NCBI GenBank assembly: GCA_030390025.1
Contig: CM059432.1
Span: 68,698,001-68,762,000, forward strand
DNA length: 64,000 bases
Reading direction: 5' to 3'
Source: Squalus acanthias
Taxonomy: Eukaryota
Below the pieces are notes generated by a model. It was not told the DNA's origin. It did not search any database and saw only the letters and a program-made list of their open reading frames with translations. Below, piece after piece: positions 1-11,534 of this stretch; positions within the stretch are counted from its first letter, which is position 1; every line of letters begins with the position of its first letter. Made by a program: the position numbers and the translations under genes.

Positions 1-491
1 AATTCTTTAAATGCTAGCCATTGCTTGTCTACCATCATACAATTTAATGTAGTTTCCCAAACTACCTTAGCCAACTCGCCCCTCATACCTATGTAGTTTG
101 CTTTTAGATTTAAGACCTTAGTTTCAGATTTAACTAAATCACTTTCAAATATATTTTAATATAAAATTCTATCATATTATGGTCACTCTTCCCTAAAGGC
201 CCCTTTACTACAAGGTTATTAATTAACCCTTTCTCATTGCATAATACTAGATCTAAAATAGCCTGTTCCCTAGTTGGTTCCTCAAGATACTGATCTAGAA
301 AACTATCTTGTATACATTCCATGAATTTGTCCATGAATTTGTCCTCCACACTATTACTGCAAATTTGGTTTGCCCAGTCTATACGTAGATTAAAGTTCCC
401 CATGGTTACTGTATTACCCTTGTTACATGCGCCTCTAATTTTCTAATTTATACTTTGCCCTACATTACAACTACTGTTTGGGGGCCTATAA
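1..491 (-). mobile_element. CR1 LINE endonuclease-region fragment (host element; continues at 4028-4240)
   Basis: ORF 134-403 carries AP-endonuclease motifs (PTREQAILDLVL, SDHN). The sequence resumes after the insertion with a tataa duplication (487-491 / 4028-4032). Confidence 0.8.
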
Positions 492-3400
492 GACAGACAT
501 AAGACATAAGAGCAGGAGGTGGTCATTTGGCCCCTCGAGCCTGCTCCGCCATTCAATAGGATCATGGCTGATCTGATCTTGGCCTCAACTCCACTTCCCT
601 GCCCGCTCCCCATAACCCTTGACTCCCTTACCATTCAAAAATCTGTCCATCTCCACCTTAAATATATTCAATGACCCAGCCTCCAGTTCTCTAGGGAAGA
701 GAATTCCAAAGATTCACGACCCTCTGAGAGAAGAAATTCCTCCTCATTTCCGTTTTAAATGAGTGCCCCCTTATTCTGAAATTATGCCCCCTAGTCCTAG
801 ATTCCCCCACGAGGGGAAAAATCCTCTCTGCATCTACCCTGTCAAGCCCCTTCAGAATCTTATATGTTTCAATAAGATCCCCTCTCATTCTTCTAAACTC
901 CAATGAGTATAGGCCCAACCTGCTCAACCTTTCTTCATAAGACAACCCCTTCATCTCCGGAATCAACCTCGTGAATCTTCTCTGAACTGCCTCCAATGCA
1001 AGTATATCCTTCCTTAAATAAGGAGACCAAAACTGTACGCAGTACTCCAGGTGTGGTCTTATTAACGCCCTGTACAGTTGTACCAGGACTTCCCTACTTT
1101 TATACTCCATTCCCTTTGCAATAAAAGCCAACATTCCATTTGCCTTCCTAATTACTTGCTGTACCTGCATGCTAACTTTTTGTGATTCATGTACAAGGAC
1201 CCCCAGATCCCTCTGCATTTTGTAATCTCTCCCCATTTAAATAATAATTTGCTTTATTTTTCCTACCAAAAAGTGAATAACCTCGCATTTTCCCAAAATA
1301 TACTCCATCTGCCAGATTTTTGCCCACTCACTTAGCCTATCTATATCCCTTTGGAGATTCTTTGCGTCCTCCACACAATTTGCTTTCCCACCTATCTTTG
1401 TATCATCAGCAAATTTGGCTACATTATACTCAGTCCTTTCATCCATGTCATTAATATAGATTGTAAATAGTTGAGGCCCCAGCACTGATCCCTGCGGCAC
1501 CCCACTAGTTACAGTTTGCCAACCTGAAAATGACCCATTTATCCTGACTCTGTTTTCTGTTAGTTAGCCAATCCTCTATCCATGCTAATATATTACCCCC
1601 AACCCCGTGAGCTCTTATCTTGTGCAGTAACCTTTTATGTGGCACCTTATCGAATGCCTTCTGGAAATCCAAATACACGACATCTACTGGTTCCCCTTTA
1701 TCCACCCTGCTCGTTACATCCTCAAAGAACTCCAGCAAATTTGTCAAACATGATTTCCCTTTCATAAAACCATGCTGACTCTGCTTGACTATATTCTGAT
1801 TTTCTAAATGTCCTGCTACCACTTCCTTAATGATGGACTCCAGCATTTTCCCCAATGACAGATGTTAGGCTAACTGGTCGATAGTTGCCTGCTTTCTGTC
1901 TCCCTCCTTTCGTAAATAGGGGCGTTACATTTGCGGTTTTCCAGTCCGCTGGGACTTCTCCAGAATCCAGGGAATTTTGGTAGATTACAACCAATGCATC
2001 CACTATCTCTGCAGCCACCTCTTTTAAGACCCTAGGATGCAGGACATCGGGTCCAGGGGACTTATCCACCTTTAGTCCCATTAGTTTGCCTACTACTTTT
2101 TCTTTAGTGATAGTGTTTTAAGTTCCCCCCCACCCCCCGCTAGCCCCTTGATTATCCAATATTGGGATGCTTTTAGTGTCTTCTACTGTGAAGACCGATA
2201 CAAAATATTTGTTCAAAGTCTCCGCCATTTCCCTGTTTCCCATTATTAATTGCCCAGACTCATCCTCTAGGGGACCAACGTTTATTTTAGCTACTCTCTT
2301 CCTTTTTATATACCTGTAGAAGCTCTTACTGTCTGTTTTTAGATTTCTTGCTAGCTTACTCTCATAAGCTATCTTCTCTATCATTTTTTTTAGTCGTCCT
2401 TTGCTGGTTTAAAAAATTTCCCAATCCTCTGGCCTTCCACTATTCTTTGCAACATTGTATGCCTTTGTTTTCAATTTGATACCATCTTATGTGTATACGC
2501 TCTGTCCCTTCCTGTCACACTCTGGTTATCATTACCCCTATCGCTACCCTGCACTTTTGCCTGATCATTTTTCTTTGACCCACTACAGTAAACTCTTGTT
2601 TAAACAGCACTTTATCATCCGGAATACTTTAATAACCGGCAAAATAGATATATCTCAATACAAAACAACGCCTCAATAACTGGTAATCTTGCCGAATCCA
2701 TCCAACACTCGTTTTGCCGAGTCCGAGTCTCCCGCGGTGGCCGAGTTAGTCAGTGGTGATGGTGAGTGGAAAAGCAGCACCGTGGTAGGTATACCTCTCT
2801 GTTATCCAGAATTTTTCATCAACCGGCACCATCCTGGTCCCATAGGTGCTGGATAAGAAAAGGTTTACTGTATTTAGTTTAAAGCCCTATCTACAGCCCT
2901 AGTTATTCAATTCGCCAGGACACTGGTCCCAGCCTGGTTCAAATGAAGCCCGTCCTGACAGAACAGCTCCTTCTTATCCCAGTACTGGTGCCACTGCCCC
3001 AAGAATCGAAACCCATTTCTCCCACACCAATCTTTGAGCCACTCGTTTATCTCTCTGATCTTATTTACCCTATGCCAAGTTGCACGTGGCTCAGGTAGTA
3101 ATCCAGAGATTATTACTTTTGTTGTTTTGCTTTTTAATTTAACCCTTAGCTGATCATACTCCCTCAGCAGAACCTCTTTCTTTGTCCTACCTATGTCATT
3201 GGTACCTACATGGACCACGACAACTGGATCTTTCCCCTCCCACTCTAAGTTCCTCTCCAGCCCAGAGGAGATGTCCTTTACCCTGGCAGACAACACAGCC
3301 TTCGGGACTCACGCTCTTGGCTGCAGAGAACAGTGTCTATCCCCCTAACTATACTGTCCCCTACCACTACCACATTTGTTTTTGCTCCCCCCACTTGAAT

Positions 3401-4027
3401 GGCTCCCTGTACCACGGTGCTGTGGTCAGTTTGCTCATCCTCCCTGCAGTCCCTGCTCTCGCCCACCCAGAGAGTAAGAACCTCGTAACTGTTGGACAAG
3501 AGCAAGGGCTGAGGCTCCTCCACCACTACCTCCTGGATCCCCATACCTGCCTCGCTCACAGTCACACCCACTTGTCCCTGACCACGGACCAAATTTGAAT
3601 GAATTAATCTAAGGGGTGCGACTGCCTCCTGGAACACAGCGTCCAGGTAACTCTCCCCCTCCCTGATGTGTTGCACTGTTTGAAGCTCGGACTCCAGCTC
3701 ATCAACACGGAGCCGAAGTTCCTCAAGCAGCCAACACTTCCTGCAAATGTGGTCGCCGTGGACCTCAATGGTGTTCACCAGCTCCCACATGTTGCAGCAG
3801 TAACACATCGCCTGTCCTGCCATCTCTAATGCATTTAATTAATTAAGTGTTTAAGTTTTGAACGTTTAGTTTTTAATCCCAGCTCTTAATTTAAACCAAT
3901 GCCCAAGAAAAAGAGAGAAATACTGACCAACCAATCGCTTCCCTGCTTTCCTGTGAAGTCACACTTTGAATCTTTCTACTTCTTACCCTCCCAGGTCGGT
4001 TGACGCTGCTCCGGGCTCGCTCTCTTG
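492..4027 (-). mobile_element. CR1 LINE with 5' UTR, ORF1 (zinc-finger/coiled-coil + SGNH esterase) and disrupted RT; endonuclease region deleted
   Basis: ORF1 pieces at 3278-3823 (CxxC..HxCxxC, VVGDSIVRG) and 2907-3296 (HVGTND, DGLHLN). RT pieces at 691-2384 ([12 protein letters not shown]). Short-repeat tail at the left end. Abrupt junction near 2490. Confidence 0.88.
2586..2870. mobile_element. Tc1/mariner-superfamily (pogo/Tigger-like) MITE
   Basis: Imperfect TIRs (CAGTAAACTCTTGTTTAAACAGCAC at the left; the right end reads CAGTAAACCTTTTCTTATCCAGCAC reverse-complemented). TA on both sides (2584-85, 2871-72). It interrupts a CR1 and is related to 51624-51987. Confidence 0.75.
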
Positions 4028-4244
4028 TATAAACAACTTCCACCAATGTTTTCTGCCCCTTGCTGTTTCTCAGCTCCACCCAAACTGATTCTACTTCTTG
4101 ATTTTCAGAGCTAAGATCCTTTCTTTCTACTGTCTTTATTCCATCCTTTATCAGGGCTACCCCTCCTCCTTTTCCATTTTGCCTATCTCTTCTAAAAGTA
4201 TAGTATCCTGGAATATTTAGTTCCCAACCTTGGTCACTTTGCCT

Positions 4245-5970
4245 CCTCCCTTCCTCTTCCAGCTCCTCAGCTGGTCACTGTATGGTTGGTGGCGAGGGCT
4301 GTGCCCTCATGATGACGAGGTTGTGCAGCATGCAGCAGACCACCACAAATCTTGACACCCGCTCTGCCGAGTACTGCAGGGCTCCTCCAGAGCTGTCCAG
4401 GCAGCGAAGTGTTGCTTCAGCATGCCAATTGTCTCCTCTGTCACATTGTGTGTGGCAGCATGGCTTTCATTGTATGAATGCTGCCCACAAATGCGTGGGT
4501 TGTCCACCGGAGTTACGAGCCATGTTGTGAACGGATAGCCCTTGTTGCCCAGTAACCATCCTCTGGTTTGTTGTGGTGCCTCAAATGCAGATGAGACAGC
4601 GGACTGCCACAGAATGATGGCATCATGACTGCTGCTAGGATACTGGGCATTCACCTGCATGATTCGCTGAGTATGGCTGCACACCAGCTGGACATTGAGA
4701 GAGTGGAATCCCTTTCGGTTGCGGTACATCAGAGTTTACATGTGGCACCTGCAAAACGAAGTACGTGTAGTCAATGGCACCCTGCACCATGGGGAAGCCT
4801 GCAATCCTCGCAAAGCCGCGTGCTGCCTCCGCCTGCTGCTATGTGGCCAGAGCGAAGGAAATGCATTCAGCTTTCTTGGAATCAACGTTCCCATTAAGCT
4901 GCATGGCCGCGCAGTGGTCTGGAGGTCCTGTGCAGGCCACACACCGGCTTTACAACAGCAATTACCGCGCATGCGGGAAAAACTGAATGGGCCGCGCAGT
5001 CAGTTAAAGGGCCCGTGCACCATAAAAAAAATTACAGGGAACACTGCTTGGAATGCAGAGCCTCAGTTACCTCCCTTATGCAACAGTGCACGGCAAACTG
5101 GGAAATGTTACAAATACCTCGTGCTCCAGCCTGAAAGGAGCCTGACGCATAAATGTTCATGGCCACTGTCACCTTCACAGCCACTGGCAATGTGGTCCTC
5201 GTCCTGCTCTGAGGTTGCAGCTGCAGCAGGTGGTAGATTTCAGTGAGGACGTCCTTGGTGAAGCGCTGACGTCTAACACACTGTTCCTCACTGAGGTTCA
5301 GGTAGGAGTATTGCTCCCTAATGCCCTGGGCAGATATGGCCACCTACTGAGAGCCCTTCTCCTCCTCCTCCTCCTTTCGCAGCTTGCCCTGTTCTGTGTC
5401 CCCTCTGCTCATTCTCCCGGTCATGCTGTAGGCCATGTGGAATGCCTACTACTGCATCCATGTCTTGGAGCAAGTGGTCTGTGCAGGATCCATGATGTCA
5501 GGACAAAGTCCTTCAGCACCTGCCACACCACTCCCTGTAGACTCTGGCAACTTTAAATAACTCTAGAAACCACCACACACTTCTACAAACTCAGCAACAG
5601 TCAGTAGAAATCAACCAGCAACTAACCAGTAAGTAGGTGATGATTCCTTTAAATAGTGCTGGTGGGGGTCCTTCCTGCTGCTGAACGCATGTTCAGCTGT
5701 GCCATCCTCATAGAGGGCATTAGCTGGCGTGCTGAGCTCCAAAATGGCAGCGCTAGTGTCAAATCAGTGTTAAATGCCAACTAATGTCATGATCGGCCTA
5801 CTCTGCATACTTCCAGTGCACGCTCCCTGCGCCCGCACAAACGCTCTACCCAAGATGGCCTCAGGCGCAGCCCGCACCAGAAAGGTGCACACATGCCGCA
5901 GACGCCATTTTGGAACCATAACGGCACCCATAGCGCCCAAACAACGGGCGCTACACAGCCTAATTTGGCA
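4245..5970 (-). mobile_element. Decayed PIF/Harbinger transposon (HARBI1-like DDE nuclease remnant)
   Basis: Fragments YRNRKGFHSLNVQLVC..SSHDA..GWLLGNKGYP (4307-4729), GFPMVQGAID (~4770-4810) and LNLSEEQC..ASGSFQ..ISQFAVHCCIREVTEAL (5032-5343). Frameshifted. Confidence 0.8.
4883..5046. mobile_element. hAT-type MITE inserted in the Harbinger nuclease gene
   Basis: 8-bp TSD CTTGGAAT (4875-4882 / 5047-5054). TIRs CAACGTTCCC / GGGAACACTG. Confidence 0.78.
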
Positions 5971-7457
5971 GCCGCTGGACAATTGAATAGAATTGCAAAT
6001 TACATGAATACAATTACAGAGGAATGTGTGAAAAACAGAATGATGAGCTGCAATCAAACAGCTGAACTTCAGAGTTCCACGTAAAAGAGGCAACAGCGCA
6101 TCAAAATCACACCATCACAAAATACCACAAAAGCAATTTCCCATGATGATATTCAACTATGTCATTATTCTTTACTTTGCCATTTGTAGGTATTATTTTC
6201 TATATTTGGGGTTTACCCCATTAGACAGTGACCCAAGACAACTGACTGCTGGTATTGTTAAATGCAGGGCAATGTCTCTTTTAACATGTCAGTAACACTT
6301 GCAAAGATCACAATAATTCACCAGCATCCTGTATTACTTAAGCAAAAGCAGACTTGATGCACTAGGTGATCTCCTGAGGCAGTACTCATGGGTTATCTGG
6401 CAACTAGAACAGTTATGATGTTTAACATGGTCCTAGAGCACAGCAGAGGCCCAGGGTGCACGAGGGTGGTTGGCAAGAGATTGGGGCGGGTGGGGAAGGT
6501 TGGAGGAGGAAAGACAGGTTGTAGACTTTTAAAAATTAAAACCATAGGTCCTTAAGAGAAGTATGGGCTTACCTGTTTGAGAAGTGATGAAGATGCAGCA
6601 AACTGTGCTGGCAGCTGTCCTGGAGAATACCCATCTCCTCCCCCCACCTACCCCGTTCTGATTTCCCATCAGAAGGCTATAGGTTTTCCTTTGTCCAATC
6701 AAGAAATCGGGATCTATCTTTAAAGCACTAGAATGTTTTTATGATTGCTAATTCAGAGTGTGGCATGACTTCCTTTTTTGTAATACTGTCCAATACTGCA
6801 TTAGACAAAGGAGAAAATAGCAGCCTTAAATTACATTCTCAGAGTTAAAATCATAGAATGGTTACAGCACAGGAGGCCATTCAGCCCGTGCCGGCTCTCT
6901 GCAAGAGCACTTCAGCTAGTCCCACTCCCCCGCCCTTTTCCCGTAGCCCTGCAAATTTTTTTCCTTCAGGTACTTATCTAACTCCCTTTTGAAAGCCAGG
7001 ATTGAATCTGCCTCCACCACTGTTTCAGGCAGTGCATTCCAGATCATAACCACTCGCTACGTAAAAAAGTTTTTCCTCATGTCACCTTTGGTTCTTTTGC
7101 CAATCACCTTGAATCTGTGTCCTCTGGATCTCGGCCCTTCCTCCAATGGGAACAGTTTCCCTCTATCTACTCTGTCTGGACCCCTCATGATTTTGAATAC
7201 CTCTATCAAATCTCCTCTCAACCTTCTCTGCTCTAAGGAGAACAATCCCAGCTTCTCCAGTCTATCCACGTAACTGAAGTCCCTCATTCCTGGAATCATT
7301 TTCGTAAATCTTTTCTGCACCCTCGCTAAAGCCTTCACATCCTTCCTAAAGTGCGGCGCCCACAATTGGACACATACTCTAGTTGAGGCCAAACCAGTGT
7401 TTTATAAAGTTTCATCATAACTTCCTTGCTTTTGTACTCTATGCCTCTATTTATGAA

Positions 7458-7818
7458 TGTCAGTAAAAAAGTAAAAATGTTAAAGCTTTTCGTTTTACAT
7501 ACAGACGGCAGCTTTTGACACGTTAGAACCCCTGCGACTACACCTCATTGTCTCAGTTGTATCTTGCTATGTCTTTGATGTGGTACCTTCCTGGCTGACT
7601 TAATTAACTTTATCACACCTCGGCAGATAGTCAGGATGATTTAATTTAGTGGTCTGCAATTGTAAGGTACACATGCTTTGTTTTCTATCTATATATGCTT
7701 TGGCGATTCTGTATCTAATTTACTTCACCTGAGGAAGGAGCAATCGATAGCTCCGAAAGTTTGTGATTTCAAATAAAACTGTTGGACTATAACCTGGTGT
7801 TGTGCGACCTCTCAATTT
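7458..7818 (+). mobile_element. Penelope-like element pseudo-LTR fragment
   Basis: Near-identical to ~35820-36181, the 3' end of the GIY-YIG element. Flanked by a 12-bp TSD TCTATTTATGAA (7446-7457 / 7819-7830). Confidence 0.85.
7725..7766 (+). ncRNA. Minimal type I hammerhead ribozyme motif (variant stem III)
   Basis: TCAC-CTGAGGA-A-GGAGC-aatcgata-GCTCC-GAAA-GT-TT-GTGA. One C>T change relative to the 36087 copy breaks the AGCT palindrome. Confidence 0.6.
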
Positions 7819-8727
7819 TCTATTTATGAAGCCCAGGATCCCGTATGCTTTTTTAACCACTTTCTCAACCTGCCCTGCCACCTGCAACGATTTGTGCACA
7901 TATACCCCCAGGTCTCTGTTCATGCACCCGCTTTAGGATTGTACCCTTTAGTTTATATTGCCTCTCCTCGTTCTTCGTACCAAAATGTATCACTTCGCAC
8001 TTTTCTGTGTTAAATTTCATCTGCCACATGTACGCCCATTCCACCAGCCTGTTGTCGTCTTTCATTAATGCATTCTTGGAGTCTGTAGCTTGGTTGAGGC
8101 TCTTCACTCAAAGAAGGACCAAGTGCACAATGAAACTCAGAAAATACAACAGAACTCAAGCTGCAGGTTCCAAAGAGCAGGGCTGGCATGTACTGGGGAA
8201 GCTTCTTGTGAGCATATCTAATGTGCAATTGGTAAGCTTAGTGGGATTTTTTTCAGAATAATTTTTTTAATGCATTTATGATGTTATAAATGTTATTTGT
8301 AATGCTGTATGATCAGCTGGGTCAGCTAATAGCAGTTTGAAAAGTAAATTTAACAATGTGATTGGCTGGGTGTGTGGTAGCTTCTACAACTAGATTGTTA
8401 ACTTCAGGGAAAATTTAAGCAATTGAATTGTTTGGTCTTATGCAGGCTCGATCTTTATTGGCAGCTTTCCTGATCTATATTTGAGCAAAGCTGTTTGGTT
8501 AACTTAACGAACAGTGATTATTTGAGTCAATCAGAAAAGCCTGACACTAGATTTATTTTGTGCTTAGAGACAGATTTAGCATGCCACCCTACACATTTAA
8601 ATGCATGACATAAAACTCTTAATTAAATGGATTAAAGGCAAATAATAATGAGATTACTCCAACATTCTGCATCACATAGTTTCTGAAACAGTGATCACAA
8701 CGTAGTTAAGTTCAATGGAGGATGGAA

Positions 8728-8995
8728 GGCAATCTGTTTTTAGTGATGTTGATTGAGGGATAAATATTTGCTAGGACACCAGGGATAACTCCCCATATCT
8801 TCTTTGAAATAGTGCCATAGGATCTTTCATGTCCAATTGAGAGAGCAGATTTAACATCTCATCCGAAAGACAGCACTCCCTTAGTACTGCACTGGAGTGT
8901 CAGCCTAGATTTTGTGCTCAAGTCTCTGGAGTGGGACTTGAACTCACAACCTTCTGGCTCAGAGGCGAGGATGCTACCAACTGAGCCACGGCTTA
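8728..8995 (-). mobile_element. tRNA-derived DeuSINE-type SINE (SacSINE1/AmnSINE1-like)
   Basis: tRNA-like head on the minus strand (GTGGCTCAGTTGGTAGC..GAGTTCAAGTCCC) and a body shared with the copy at 47466. Confidence 0.7.
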
Positions 8996-8999
8996 AGAA

Positions 9000-9950
9000 A
9001 GGCAAAGTTGAGTGATGATAAAATGGGGACCTATTCAAATTAATGGGCAGAAAAGTTAGCAAGCAATTTGACAGATCAACAATAGGTAATCTTCAAATGA
9101 GATGCAGTGAATACAAAATATATTCCTACAGGGTGAAAAAGGAGTGATTCAAGTTACAGAGTTCCATGGAAAGTGAGAGATTTAAAAAATCTGAAACTTT
9201 AAAAGTATGTATACAATAAAGTTGGGGCTAAATAGAAAGTGCAGTCGGAGATTAGAAAGGTTAAAAAGGAATATAAAAAAAGACTAGCAGATAACATAAA
9301 AGGAACTCATAATAGCTTTAATAAACATATAAAAAGTAAAAGAATAGTTAGAGAGAGGGTAGGACCACTCGGGGATTAAGGAGGACATTGAAGTGTGGAG
9401 AATGAAGATATGGCAGAGACAGTAAATGTTTCCATCAGTTTTTACAAATGATAGTGGAAGTGAGAACATAGGTGTATTAGAAGAGAATAGAGTGTGTGCA
9501 GCATAGATTCAACAAAACAACTTGCATTTATATAGAATGATGCCAGAGATGGGAAACTATAGTTATGAGAAGAGACTTGAGATAATGGAACTATTTCCAC
9601 TGGGGCAGAGAAAGTGAGAGAGATTTAGTGGCAGTTTTTAAAATGATGATGTGGTTGGTGAGTCAGTGACAAGGGATCATAAATTTAAAATGAGCACTTA
9701 GAGAGGTTAGGAGAATTTTTTTAAACAATTTTTACAGAAGGGTTGTTGGAGCACAGAATGCTTTGTAACAGGGAGTGATTGAAGCAGAGACCATTATATC
9801 TTTTAAGGGAAAATTGGATAAATATTTGAAGCAGAGGAAGAAACAGGGCTATGAGGAGAGAGCAAGGAAGTGGAATTAGATTTGGATTTCTCTAGCAGGC
9901 AGACACGATGGGCTAAATCACCTCCTTCTGTGCTGTAAACGTTTACAGTT
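9000..9950 (+). mobile_element. Old, heavily decayed CR1 fragments
   Basis: Degenerate CR1 ORF2 and 3' UTR-like words (tcagtttttacaaatga, ttttaagggaaaattggataaatatttgaag, cctccttctgtgctgtaa). Confidence 0.55.
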
Positions 9951-10498
9951 CTTAGCAACAGTGTCAGGGAGAGAAGTTTTTCACCTTAACCCCTTCTGCC
10001 TTTTAACCTGCTGTTGGCTATCTTCTAGCAGATTACCTGCCTGCTGCCTCATTCATGCAATGATAAGTTGCACAAGTGAAGTTAAAAAGGAGCTAAAGCA
10101 TACAAGTAATTGCAAGGCTTTTCATAAACTAGGTTTATAGGATATAAACAAACTATAAGGTTTAATGTTTTCAAGATACCCAGTTATACCCTTAGATGCA
10201 CATAATCCTAACTAAACATCGTAACCGTGAACAAAGAAAATTAACATCTTTATCATTTAATTATTTATTGACTCCTGGTATATAAACCAATTATCAGTTT
10301 CACATTGTATTTCTCTCGTTGAAAATGGAAAATGTGCAATAATTTTATTAGTTATCACAGTATGTACAAAACAGTTTGGAATATCATAACAATCTATGAA
10401 GATTCATTTTATGAAGATTCATTATAAGAAAAAACAATGACCAACATGAGTATCCCAATAGTCATAAATCAAGAAAGGGCCATTTTGATAAACAAGGT

Positions 10499-10740
10499 AC
10501 AGTAGCCTAGTGGTTATGGTACTGGACTAGCAACCCAGGGGTTAAGAATTCAAATCTCACCAGCGCAAGTTGTAAAACCGAATCTGAAATCAGGTCAATT
10601 GTGGGCTAGCACCAGGAAATATAATCATGATCGTCATAAAAACCCGACTGGCTCACAAAGCAGAGCCTGCCATCCCTACCTGGTCTGGCCTACAAGTGAC
10701 TCCAGTCCCACGCTACATGGTTGACTCTTAATGCCCTCAC
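10499..10740 (+). mobile_element. tRNA-derived SINE (decayed)
   Basis: Head AGTAGCCTAGTGGTTATGGTACTGGACTAG..GAATTCAAATCTC with A/B-box-like motifs, followed by a non-tRNA body. Confidence 0.55.
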
Positions 10741-10922
10741 AGTAGAATTCAGTAGATTCTGGTGGGACAATATCATAAAGACTTTGATGTATCTCTTATG
10801 TATATAGTGGTCCTCGGTAAAATGGCAACTCCAATTATGAACCGACGAATTAAAAACATTAGACAGATAGTAAAGGTAGATGCTCTTGCACTCAATAACA
10901 ACTTGCACTTATTAAGCACCAT

Positions 10923-11094
10923 GGGGTAGATTTTGACTTTATGCGATAGTGTAAAACAGGCGATAGGAAATCGGCAGCCCATTTTACATCTCTCCCAATG
11001 ACTTCAATGGAAATAAATAGCAGGAGAGATGTAAAACGTGCTGCCGATTCGCTATCACCCGTTTTACACTATTGCACAAAGTCAAATCACCTCC
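10923..11094. mobile_element. Palindromic (foldback) MITE
   Basis: ~70-bp imperfect inverted arms (GATTTTGACTTTATGCGATAGTGTAAAAC..TTTTACATCTCTCC / GGAGAGATGTAAAAC..GTTTTACACTATTGCACAAAGTCAAATC) around the core caatgacttcaatgg. Confidence 0.7.
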
Positions 11095-11157
11095 TTCAAT
11101 GTAGTGAAACTTTCCAAGGTCCATCACGGAGGCAAAAATGGACGTTGATTGGTAGTT

Positions 11158-11230
11158 AAGGGAGGCGAGCGGAGTAAAGGGAGGTGAGCGGAGTATAAAG
11201 GGAGGTGAGCGGAGTAAAGGGAGGTGAGCG
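11158..11230 (+). repeat. Minisatellite, ~19-bp unit AAGGGAGGTGAGCGGAGTA x ~4
   Basis: Read directly from the sequence. Confidence 0.85.
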
Positions 11231-11471
11231 CAGGCATGGACAAAGAGGTAGATTAAGCAGAGGTTTTTATGGTGAGATAACAAGGTGGAGGGGTTTAGGG
11301 AGAAAGTTCCAGGGTGTGGAGCCAAAGCAGCTAAAGGATATAGCAGCGCAGATTGAGATAAATGCAACGGTTCGACCCATTACTGTGCACAGCACGCACT
11401 GGCACTCTTATCGCTTATTACCTTCCCACAATTCTTGTTTTTGTTGCAACTTTGTTCCCAAGACAGCATAC

Positions 11472-11534
11472 CTGCAATAGCTCCAAACTCATAGGGATGC
11501 TCCTCAGCTCCTTCAGCAAGTCCAAGGCTCCAAC
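11472..11534 (-). CDS. TCEA1: TCEA1 coding exon 2, [21 protein letters not shown]
   Basis: 63-nt exon between the acceptor tgttgttttgcag and the donor gtatgc, phase 0/0. It matches TCEA1 [21 protein letters not shown]. This frame is missing from the ORF track. Intron 1 spans 11535-32174 (~20.6 kb). Confidence 0.93.

Larger units (their letters stand above)
6848..8055 (-). mobile_element. 5'-truncated CR1 LINE 3' end, split by a Penelope pLTR
   Basis: ORFs 7057-7392 and 7865-8107 show CR1 C-terminal motifs (LEQRRLRGDLIEVFK, WQMKFNTEKCEV). Confidence 0.85.

Noticed and set aside
4307..5343. HARBI1 host gene
   Set aside because: Frameshifts, stops, substitutions at catalytic motifs and a MITE insertion mark it as a dead transposon copy.
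6573..6619. Possible 47-nt cassette (poison) exon in TCEA1 intron 2 (ttctccag..CAG/gtaagc, minus strand)
   Set aside because: Good donor but poor pyrimidine tract and no similarity to TFIIS exon 3. Such site pairs arise by chance, so RNA evidence is needed.
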